Below are positions 28,698-36,042 of a DNA stretch of 64,000 nucleotides, piece by piece; position 1 is the stretch's first letter; each line of letters starts with the position of its first letter. The position numbers were made by a program, and so were the translations under genes. Source of the stretch: Elusimicrobiota bacterium (GTDB lineage: Bacteria > Elusimicrobiota > Elusimicrobia > UBA1565 > UBA9628); contig JAHFCE010000006.1 of NCBI GenBank assembly GCA_023249675.1, forward strand, positions 72,325 to 136,324. Direction: 5' to 3'. The notes under the pieces are model-generated. The model worked only from the letters and a program-made list of their open reading frames with translations, made no database searches and had not been told where the DNA came from.

Positions 28698-30208
28698 TGG
28701 CCCGCCGGCAAGTCCGCCTAAGCCCCGAAGCACGAGAAACTCTCTCGAAGGTCTTCGCCGCCGCGCACCAGCCGGTGTGGCTCGTCGGCGGCTCGATTCG
28801 CGATGCGGCCCGAGGACGCCCTTTCCACGACCTCGACCTGGCGTGCGCCGACGCGCACGCGCTGGCGATCCGGCTCGCGCGCGCGTTCAAGGGCACGCTC
28901 GTCACGCTCGATGAGGCAAACGCCGTGTACCGCCTCGCGCTCGCGCCCGCGCGCGGCGGCGTCCTCAGGCAGATCGACGTCGCCGGCCTCCAGGGCAAAA
29001 CAATAGTCTCGGACCTCGCGCGCCGCGATTTCACGATGAACGCCGTAGCCCTCGCGTTGGCCGACGAACTTCCGGCGTCCCTCCCGGAGTCGGCGTTTCT
29101 CGATCCGCGGGGGGGATTGAAGGATCTCGCCTCAGGGGTCATCCGCGCGGATGTCGAGGAGAACTTGAGCGACGATCCGCTGCGCCTGCTGCGCGCGTTC
29201 CGTCTCGCGGCCCAGCTCGGCCTTGTCATCGAGCCGAAGACATTGAAGGCGATCGGCCGCCTGCGCCGTCTGATCTCACGACCCGCCCCCGAACGCGTCG
29301 CCGCCGAACTGCTCCTGCTCCTCGCCGTGCCCGGCGCCTCGTCCTGGCTTAAGCAGATGGACGAATGCGGCCTGCTGACGGGCGTATTCCCCGAACTCGA
29401 GCCGTCGCGCCGCTGCGCCGAAGGCTATTACGGGCCCGGCGGCGTGCTCACGCATACGCTCGAGGTCTGCGCGCGCGTGGACTTCCTGCTCGCGAACCTG
29501 CGCACGATCTACCCCAAACTCGCCCCCGACCTCGAGGCGCACGCCTGCGCGCGAGGCGGGCCGCCATTTCACGCCTTGCTGCTCCTGTCCGCGTTGCTGC
29601 ACGACGTCGCCAAGCCCGCAACGGCCAAAGAAATCGGCGGCCGCCTGCGCTTCTTCGAGCACGACACGAAGGGCGCGACACTCACAGAAAAGATCTTGCG
29701 CAGGCTTCGTCTCTCGCGCGAGCAGATCGACAGCGCCGCCGCGATCGTGCGGTATCACCTGCGCCCGGGTCATCTCGCATCCGGCGGCCCGCTGACCGAG
29801 CGTGCAATTTATCGCTTCTTCCGCGACCTCGGTCCGGACGCGCCGGGCCTGCTGATCGTTTGCTGGGGTGATCACGCCAGCTACATGCCCCAAACGCGCC
29901 TCAAACGCTTGCTCGAAACGGCCTGCGGCGAAGCGCCGCGCGCCGATCTGTCCCGCATCCGGCCCCTGGAGGCGCGCAAGACGGTCTCTCATCTCCAACT
30001 CGTCTCACTTCTCCTACGCCGCTGCTTCAGCCGCGACCGCGCCCCCATCCCTGTACGTCTGCTGGACGGGAATGAGATCATGAAAGCCCTAAAAATCCCG
30101 CCCAGTCCGCGCATCGGAGAGATCCTGGAATGTCTGCGCGAGGCCCAGGCCGCGGGGGAAGTTCTCGACCGGAAACAAGCGCTGGCCTTCATCTCGCGCC
30201 TGAAATAG
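28697..30208 (+). CDS. Class II tRNA nucleotidyltransferase with HD domain (probably CC-adding type)
   Basis: LVGGSIRD..HDLD, DLARRDFTMNA, DPRGGLKDL, DDPLRLLRAFR, LLHDVAKP; ATG overlaps the upstream stop. Confidence 0.88.
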   Translation: MARRQVRLSPEARETLSKVFAAAHQPVWLVGGSIRDAARGRPFHDLDLACADAHALAIRLARAFKGTLVTLDEANAVYRLALAPARGGVLRQIDVAGLQGKTIVSDLARRDFTMNAVALALADELPASLPESAFLDPRGGLKDLASGVIRADVEENLSDDPLRLLRAFRLAAQLGLVIEPKTLKAIGRLRRLISRPAPERVAAELLLLLAVPGASSWLKQMDECGLLTGVFPELEPSRRCAEGYYGPGGVLTHTLEVCARVDFLLANLRTIYPKLAPDLEAHACARGGPPFHALLLLSALLHDVAKPATAKEIGGRLRFFEHDTKGATLTEKILRRLRLSREQIDSAAAIVRYHLRPGHLASGGPLTERAIYRFFRDLGPDAPGLLIVCWGDHASYMPQTRLKRLLETACGEAPRADLSRIRPLEARKTVSHLQLVSLLLRRCFSRDRAPIPVRLLDGNEIMKALKIPPSPRIGEILECLREAQAAGEVLDRKQALAFISRLK

Positions 30209-30236
30209 GGTATCCTCGCTCCAAGGAGAACCGCCC

Positions 30237-31691
30237 ATGAACGTCAAGCCCCTTCCGCTCAAGACTCTCGAGGCCGACCATCGCGACCTGGCCGTCTTCA
30301 TCTATGAGGACGCAGGCCTCGCCGGCGCCAAGGCGCTGTCGAGTGCCGCCAAGACAGCGCTCAACGCCAAACTGCACGAGGAGGGCTTCAAGGCCGGCGC
30401 GAAGGAAGTCTGCCACGTGGACCTCGACATTCTCGGCAAGCACCGCCGCGTGTTCGCGGTCGGCCTCGGCAAGAAGAAAGGCGCTTCCTCCGAAACGTTC
30501 CGCCGCGCGGCCGGCTCGCTCCTGAGCGCCATCCGCTCCAAGCGCGAGAAAATCGCCGTACTCTGCTCCGAAAATCCGCAGGCGATCGCCGAGGGTCTTC
30601 TCCTTGCCGCCTACAAGTACGAGGAGTACAAGAAAGACGACGCCGATAAGCTGACCTCGGCCTCGCTTGTCGCGCAGGACGCCGGCGCGCGTGGAGCGCT
30701 GGAAAAGGCCTGCGCGAAGGCGGCGACCTACGCCTCCGCCGTCTGCTTCGCGCGCGACCTCGTCAATCGAGCGCCCTCCGACAAGACGCCGCAAAGCCTG
30801 GCCGACCTCGCCGAGACGTTCAAAGGCTCGGGCGTCACCGTCACTGTCATGGACAAGGCCACGTGCGCCGAAATGGGCATGGGCTCGTTTCTCGGTGTGG
30901 CGCGCGGCTCGCAGGAGCCGCCTGTCATGGTGCACATGATCTACAAGCCCAAGGCCGCGACCAAGAAACGCGTGGCGCTCGTGGGCAAGGGCGTGACCTT
31001 CGACTCAGGCGGCCTGTCGCTGAAGCCCGCGCAGTCGATGGAGGAGATGAAGTGCGACATGGCGGGTGCGGCCTCCGTGCTCGCCGTCTTCAAGGTCATC
31101 GCCGAGCTCAAGCCTAAGGCTGAGGTGCACGGCATCTTTGCGGCGACCTACAACATGCCCGGACCCGACGCCTACAAGCCCGGCGACGTGCTGAAAGCCA
31201 TGAACGGCAAGACGATCGAGGTCTGGAACACCGACGCCGAGGGCCGGCTCATCCTCGCCGACGCGCTGTGCCTCGCGGCCAAGCAGGAGCCGCAGGCGAT
31301 CGTCGATCTCGCGACACTCACGGGCGCTGTCGTCGTGGCACTCGGCTCGAAGGTCGCGGGCATCATGGGCAACGATGTGAAGCTCCTCGGACAAATTAAG
31401 GCAGCGGGCAAGCGTGCCGACGAGGCTTTCTGTGAACTGCCTCTCGTTGAGGACTACAAAGAAAACATTAAAGGAAACATCGCCGAACTCTTGAATATTT
31501 CAAAAGTGCGCGGAGAAGCGGGATCGATCATCGGCGGTTTGTTTTTACAAGAATTCGTCGATGGAAAGCCTTGGGCCCATCTCGACATCGCCGGCACGGC
31601 CTTCACGAGCGGCGAGTCGGCGACCTACGCCCCGAAAGGCGCGACCGGCTCGCCGGTACGCACCTTGCTCGAGTGGCTGGGAGCGCTGTGA
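30237..31691 (+). CDS. pepA: Leucyl aminopeptidase (M17)
   Basis: LVGKGVTFDSGGLSLK, MKCDMAGA, NTDAEGRLILAD, DLATLTGA, WAHLDIAGT. Confidence 0.96.
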   Translation: MNVKPLPLKTLEADHRDLAVFIYEDAGLAGAKALSSAAKTALNAKLHEEGFKAGAKEVCHVDLDILGKHRRVFAVGLGKKKGASSETFRRAAGSLLSAIRSKREKIAVLCSENPQAIAEGLLLAAYKYEEYKKDDADKLTSASLVAQDAGARGALEKACAKAATYASAVCFARDLVNRAPSDKTPQSLADLAETFKGSGVTVTVMDKATCAEMGMGSFLGVARGSQEPPVMVHMIYKPKAATKKRVALVGKGVTFDSGGLSLKPAQSMEEMKCDMAGAASVLAVFKVIAELKPKAEVHGIFAATYNMPGPDAYKPGDVLKAMNGKTIEVWNTDAEGRLILADALCLAAKQEPQAIVDLATLTGAVVVALGSKVAGIMGNDVKLLGQIKAAGKRADEAFCELPLVEDYKENIKGNIAELLNISKVRGEAGSIIGGLFLQEFVDGKPWAHLDIAGTAFTSGESATYAPKGATGSPVRTLLEWLGAL

Positions 31692-32299
31692 GCCGGATCA
31701 AGAACACGCACGCGAAGAAGACCGGCGGCGAGATCGACCTCGCGCGCATCGAGTCGCACGTGCGCGAGATTCTGGCCGACCTCGGCGAAGACCCTCGGCG
31801 CGAGGGCCTGCGCGCCACGCCGCACCGCGTGGCGAAATCCCTGCGCGACCTGACGAGCGGCTACCGCGTCGACGTCGACGCGATGATCAACAACGCCCTG
31901 TTCACCGAGTCGTATGATGAGATGGTGATCGTGCGCGACATCGCGTTCTACTCGATGTGCGAGCACCACATGCTTCCGTTTTTTGGCCGCGCACACGTGG
32001 CCTACCTGCCCGAGAAGAAGATCATCGGGCTTTCCAAGATCCCGAAACTCGTGGAGATTTTCTCGCGGCGCCTGCAGGTGCAGGAGCGCCTGACCCTGCA
32101 GATCGCCACGACACTCATGGACAAGCTCAAGCCCAAAGGCGTGGGCATCATCCTCGAGGCGCGGCACCTCTGCATGGAGATGCGGGGGGCCGAGAGTCAG
32201 CACTCGCCGACGACGACCTCGTGCATGCTCGGCATCTTCCAGAGCGACGCGCGTACGCGCAAGGAATTCCTCGACTTGGTGAAGACGCGACCGGTCTAA
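31688..32299 (+). CDS. folE: GTP cyclohydrolase I
   Basis: GEDPRREGL..TPHRV, SMCEHHMLPF, GLSKI, RRLQVQERLT, HLCMEMRG; GTGA overlap with pepA. Confidence 0.97.
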   Translation: MSRIKNTHAKKTGGEIDLARIESHVREILADLGEDPRREGLRATPHRVAKSLRDLTSGYRVDVDAMINNALFTESYDEMVIVRDIAFYSMCEHHMLPFFGRAHVAYLPEKKIIGLSKIPKLVEIFSRRLQVQERLTLQIATTLMDKLKPKGVGIILEARHLCMEMRGAESQHSPTTTSCMLGIFQSDARTRKEFLDLVKTRPV

Positions 32300-32305
32300 G
32301 GTGTC

Positions 32306-32551
32306 TTAAGCTTTCGACGGCAAGGTCCGGTGCGTCCCGTCGCAAAACGGCTTGTTCTTCGACTCGCGGCAGCCGCACCACGCCACCTTCTTGGCCTCCG
32401 CAAGCTCCACGATGACGGGGGACTTGCCGGTGTTCTTGCGCGCGTGGGAGCCGTCGCAATAAGGCTGCTTCTCAGACTCCCCACAGGCGCACCAGGCCTT
32501 GCGGCCCGGCTGTTCTTCGCAGACGTACGGCTTGTTCTGAATGCCGGACAT
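32306..32551 (-). CDS. Double CDGSH [2Fe-2S] protein
   Basis: WCACGESEKQPYCDGSH and WCGCRESKNKPFCDGTH; real start ATG 32551 lies inside the longer listed ORF. Confidence 0.93.
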   Translation of the reverse strand: MSGIQNKPYVCEEQPGRKAWCACGESEKQPYCDGSHARKNTGKSPVIVELAEAKKVAWCGCRESKNKPFCDGTHRTLPSKA

Positions 32552-32553
32552 GC

Positions 32554-33165
32554 TTAAACCGTCTGCCCAACGAAGGTCGAGTGCGCGTACGCGGCCTTGA
32601 TCACCGCGAGGCCGAGCAGCGCCGCAAGAAGCAACGCGCCGTAGCTGAAGCCCATGCCCGCGTGATTGGCGCCGAGCATGCCGACGAGCATCGGGGCCGA
32701 CAGGTAAGTGTTCAGGCGCGAGGCGTTGCCGGCACGGGCGCGCAGCGCCGGTGCGGCGTCGCCGGCCGTGCCGCCGAGAAGCTTCTTCTGCGCGGGCCAG
32801 ATGATGAACCAGACGTTGAACCACATGATCGAGCCAAACAGCATGCCCCACATGATCCACCGCGCGCGATCAGACAGGCCGCCCTCGACGCCCTTCATGA
32901 TCATGTTCGCGCCCCAGCCGAGCTCGGGGGTATGGAGGTATATCTGCGCGAATAAGATCAGGCCGGAGAGGAAGGTCGCCATCGCGCCCCAGCGAAACCA
33001 CCACAGCGCCCGCGGCATCAGCTGCGGGTTGACGGACTTCTTGGTCGCGTCATCCATCTTGCCCTGGAGCTGACTATTGACGAAATTGAAGAAGTACAGA
33101 TGGCCGATCCAGACGATCCCCGCGAACACGTGGGTCCAACGGAACAGGAACTCGAGCTTGTTCAT
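32554..33165 (-). CDS. PuuD/DUF989-like membrane protein (short form, no cytochrome c domain)
   Basis: RWTHVFAGIVWIGHLYFFNFV, ALWWFRWGA, IMWFNVWFIIWPAQKK, SRLNTYLSAPM; no CxxCH; AAGGAGG RBS. Confidence 0.85.
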   Translation of the reverse strand: MNKLEFLFRWTHVFAGIVWIGHLYFFNFVNSQLQGKMDDATKKSVNPQLMPRALWWFRWGAMATFLSGLILFAQIYLHTPELGWGANMIMKGVEGGLSDRARWIMWGMLFGSIMWFNVWFIIWPAQKKLLGGTAGDAAPALRARAGNASRLNTYLSAPMLVGMLGANHAGMGFSYGALLLAALLGLAVIKAAYAHSTFVGQTV

Positions 33166-33256
33166 CGCGCCTCCTTAATGTCAAATCCGCGGTGAGTCTA
33201 TCGGATTTGACGGAAGACCGTCAATCCCGCGCTCATGACAGAAACGCCCCGGCATC

Positions 33257-33310
33257 TTGACAGAAACCCGTTTCCAAGCTATTCTAGTTAAGTAGCGATT
33301 AAGCTACTTA
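33257..33310 (+). promoter_or_regulatory. Sigma70-type promoter and palindromic operator of the abiE operon
   Basis: TTGACA(33257-62)-17 bp-TATTCT(33280-85); perfect IR TAAGTAGC-N6-GCTACTTA (33289-33310) ending 1 nt before the ATG. Confidence 0.75.
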
Positions 33311-33311
33311 T

Positions 33312-33923
33312 ATGAAATGGCCAGAAACGCATAGAAAGCTCGCCGCCTCGGGGCTGCTCGCGTTCACCGATCGGGAATTCCGGGCGGTGACCGGCTCGAC
33401 GCCCGTCTCGGCCAAGTTCCTGCTGATCCGCTATACGAAGAGCGGGCTCCTGCGGCGCCTCAGACGCGGCCTGTATGCCGTGGAGGGTGAGTTGCCGTCT
33501 CAATGGGCTCTCGCCAACCGCCTCTACAGGCCCTCCTACATCTCCCTCGAAACGGCTTTGTCCTACCACCACCTGATTCCGGAGACCGTCTATTCCATCA
33601 CCTCCGTGACAACCCGCGGCACGCGCGAGTTCGATGTGACGGGGACCAGCTACAGCTACAGGACGATCAAGCGCCAAGCCTTCTTTGGCTACCGCGCTGT
33701 CCAGAGGAACGGGGAGACTTTTCTGATCGCCGAGAAGGTCAAGGCGCTCGCCGACTATCTCTATCTCATCTATCTGAAAGGCGCGAAGGTCAACAGCAGG
33801 CTGCGCCTAAAAGAAGTCCCGCGCCGCGAGCTCATCGAATGCTTGGCGGCATTCGAACACCCCGGGCTCGTCGATTGGTACAAAAATGATCTCAAGATCC
33901 CAGATCACCGAATTCAGCACTAG
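33312..33923 (+). CDS. Type IV TA antitoxin AbiEi-like (wHTH + AbiEi C-terminal domain)
   Basis: LRRLRRGLY, PSYISLETALSYHHLIPE, ITSVT, IAEKVKALADYLY. Confidence 0.88.
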   Translation: MKWPETHRKLAASGLLAFTDREFRAVTGSTPVSAKFLLIRYTKSGLLRRLRRGLYAVEGELPSQWALANRLYRPSYISLETALSYHHLIPETVYSITSVTTRGTREFDVTGTSYSYRTIKRQAFFGYRAVQRNGETFLIAEKVKALADYLYLIYLKGAKVNSRLRLKEVPRRELIECLAAFEHPGLVDWYKNDLKIPDHRIQH

Positions 33924-34611
33924 CTGGCAGACGCAGGAGCTGAGCGTCGTGCGGGAGTATGTCCAGCATGTCCTGCTGGACATCCTCTTCCAGATCAAAG
34001 GCGTCGACGCCAAGCTGGCCTTCAAAGGAGGCACGGCCCTGCGCCTGCTGCGCAACAGCCCGAGGTTCTCGGAGGACCTCGACTTCACCGGCTGGGTCAA
34101 GCCCTACCACGTGGGGGAGTGGCTCAAGCAGACCGCCAAGGAAGCCTCGCGGCATGGGCTGGATTTCAAGATGGTGGAGTCCAACGAGACCTCCGGCGGA
34201 TGGTTCGCCCTCATGGACACGCAGGTCTACGACTGGCCAGCGCGCATCGAGTGGAACGTCTCCCTGCGCGCATCAGGCAAGGCGGTGCCTCATGAGACGA
34301 CACTCGTGACGTCCCCGTTGTGGACGTCGTACTCATTGACAGCACTCGAGACGGACGAGATGGCTTCGGAGAAGATCCAGGCTCTGCTTCGCCGAAAAGA
34401 ACCGCGCGACTTTTACGACCTCTACTTTCTCATGCGCGCGCGTCTCGGCATCAAGAAGATTGTCGCCGCCAAGCCGGATTTGCTGCGCGAAACCGCCAAG
34501 CTCAACGTCAAAGAGGTCGAGCGTGAGCTCAAAGAGTTCCTTCCCCGCAACCAGCTAGCCATCGCCAAGCAGCTACGCGAGGCCCTGACGCGGGAGCTCG
34601 AACGCCTGTGA
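33886..34611 (+). CDS. Type IV TA toxin AbiEii-like nucleotidyltransferase
   Basis: VREYVQ, FKGGTALR, RFSEDLDF, EKIQAL..RKEPRDFYDL; overlaps the antitoxin gene. Confidence 0.92.
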   Translation: MISRSQITEFSTSWQTQELSVVREYVQHVLLDILFQIKGVDAKLAFKGGTALRLLRNSPRFSEDLDFTGWVKPYHVGEWLKQTAKEASRHGLDFKMVESNETSGGWFALMDTQVYDWPARIEWNVSLRASGKAVPHETTLVTSPLWTSYSLTALETDEMASEKIQALLRRKEPRDFYDLYFLMRARLGIKKIVAAKPDLLRETAKLNVKEVERELKEFLPRNQLAIAKQLREALTRELERL

Positions 34612-34629
34612 TCGCGCGGCGAGCGTGTC

Positions 34630-34682
34630 TTGCGCGCTGTTACCTAACGCTGTATACTAATAGCGAATTCGTTTGGTAACCG
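34630..34682 (+). promoter_or_regulatory. Promoter overlapped by palindromic site A
   Basis: TTGCGC(34630-35)-17 bp-TATACT(34653-58); IR GTTACCTAACG...CGTTTGGTAAC (34639-34680, 10/11). Confidence 0.7.
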
Positions 34683-34685
34683 AAC

Positions 34686-35012
34686 ATGGATCCCATCAAA
34701 GGCGTGCTGGCGGAAGAACTCGTGAACTCCAAGCGGATGTTGAAGCGCCACGGAGAGGCGCTTTCACGCCTGCCGAAGGGCAGCCTCGTCGCGAAGAAGA
34801 TCAAGGGGGGCGTCTTTCATTACCTCGCCGCGCGAGAAGACGGCAAGGTCCGCTTTCATTACAAAGGGAAGCTGTCGGCCGCCGAAGTGGACAAGTATCA
34901 AGAGGCCAAGCAGCTGCGCAGAAAGTACGTTTCCCAAATCTCAAAGCTCAAGAAGCAGGTGAAATTCCTCGAGCGCGCACTCCATGAAAGAAAAAGAAAG
35001 CGCGCCGGTTGA
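34686..35012 (+). CDS. Small basic putative DNA-binding protein (beta-strand module between coiled helices)
   Basis: LPKGSLVAKKIKGGVFHYLAAREDGKVRFHYKG flanked by amphipathic helices; own promoter; overlaps the next gene. Confidence 0.7.
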   Translation: MDPIKGVLAEELVNSKRMLKRHGEALSRLPKGSLVAKKIKGGVFHYLAAREDGKVRFHYKGKLSAAEVDKYQEAKQLRRKYVSQISKLKKQVKFLERALHERKRKRAG

Positions 35013-35670
35013 TCTGTGCCTGGAAGTCCTAAGGCGGCTGGACCGCGCCGGCGTGCTCGAGGAGCTCGTGCTCGTCGGAAGCTGGTGCACTCATTTCTAC
35101 AATCGCTATTTCGAGGGCAAGGCCAAGCTCTCCGCCCTCCGGACGCGCGACATGGACTTCCTGGTGCGCCGACCTCCTCGCTTCAAGGTAAAGGTCGAAG
35201 TCTCCACCCTACTGAAGGACCTCGGCTTCCTTCCAGACCTCCGGCCGGAGGGCTACGTCAGCTTGAGCCACCCAGATTTGATCATCGACTTTCTGATCGC
35301 CGAGAGGGGGAAAGGTTCCGAGATGGCGATCCCGATCGAGGCGCTAGGCATCCGCGCCCAGCCGCTGCGTTTTCTCGACTTCCTCACGCGCGATACGATC
35401 GTCGTGAGCATCGACGGCCTCGATTTGCAGCTGCCGCATCCGGCCAACTTCGCCCTTCACAAGCTCATTATCAGCAGCCGTCGACCAAAGCCCGAGAAGC
35501 GCGAGAAAGATCTCAGACAGGCTCTCGAGATTCTCGACGTCCTCAGAGATCTTGGCCGCGGAGAAGAGATTCTCTCCAAGTTCGCGGATATGCCCGCTGG
35601 CTGGCGCAAAATCGCGATTACGGTGCTCAACGACGCGGACCGGCACGATATTTCACGATTCTTGCAGTAG
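34984..35670 (+). CDS. GSU2403-like (Pol-beta fold) nucleotidyltransferase
   Basis: VLVGSWC, LRTRDMDF (DxD), LPHPANFALHKLIIS.RR..EKREKDLRQA. Confidence 0.8.
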   Translation: MKEKESAPVDLCLEVLRRLDRAGVLEELVLVGSWCTHFYNRYFEGKAKLSALRTRDMDFLVRRPPRFKVKVEVSTLLKDLGFLPDLRPEGYVSLSHPDLIIDFLIAERGKGSEMAIPIEALGIRAQPLRFLDFLTRDTIVVSIDGLDLQLPHPANFALHKLIISSRRPKPEKREKDLRQALEILDVLRDLGRGEEILSKFADMPAGWRKIAITVLNDADRHDISRFLQ

Positions 35671-35673
35671 AGA

Positions 35674-35716
35674 TTACCAAACAGCAGGAGCTGATCCATT
35701 GCGCATTTGGTAACCG
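35674..35716. repeat. Palindromic site B, second copy of site A
   Basis: TTACCAAAC-N22-ATTTGGTAACCG versus TTACCTAAC-N22-GTTTGGTAACCG at 34640-34682. Confidence 0.75.
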
Positions 35717-35732
35717 CCCGCCCTGCTCGAAC

Positions 35733-35761
35733 TTGACCCGTCGCTTGCGCTCGTCTATACT
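35733..35761 (+). promoter_or_regulatory. Sigma70-type promoter facing tRNA-Gly
   Basis: TTGACC(35733-38)-17 bp-TATACT(35756-61). Confidence 0.65.
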
Positions 35762-35955
35762 GTCTACAACCCTGGCGAGAGTTGTCCCAGGATCAGGCAT
35801 TAGGTCTTTGATATCTCGACTGCAAGCAGGAATTTTCGCGCCGAGATCAACAGCCGATTTTTGAAACCTCGACAAAAAGTCGACAAAAATTGTTTTTTAA
35901 GAGCCATTCCAAACGCTCATCACTCTTAAAAAGTAGTTATTAAATAAACACTTTC

Positions 35956-36029
35956 GCGGGTGTAGTTCAATGGTAGAACGAGAGCTTCCCAAGCTTTAGA
36001 CGTGGGTTCGATTCCCATCACCCGCTCCA
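35956..36029 (+). tRNA. tRNA-Gly (anticodon CCC), CCA encoded
   Basis: Acceptor GCGGGTG/CACCCGC, D-arm GTTC/GAAC, anticodon loop TTCCCAA, T-loop TTCGATT, discriminator T + CCA. Confidence 0.97.
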
Positions 36030-36042
36030 ATTTATCCGCTAT

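Noticed and set aside
33271..33280. TTTCCAAGCT resembling the tRNA-Gly anticodon loop as a possible att duplication
   Set aside because: Short imperfect match inside a promoter spacer, with no flanking tRNA sequence
34642..34677. Integron attC-like ends (ACCTAAC ... GTTTGGT) in site A
   Set aside because: Only ~36 bp, too short for attC; imperfect GTTRRRY; no L boxes or integron integrase
35627..35875. 82-aa minus-strand ORF between the NTase and tRNA
   Set aside because: No motif, overlaps the NTase 3' end, site B and a plus-strand promoter; better explained as non-coding
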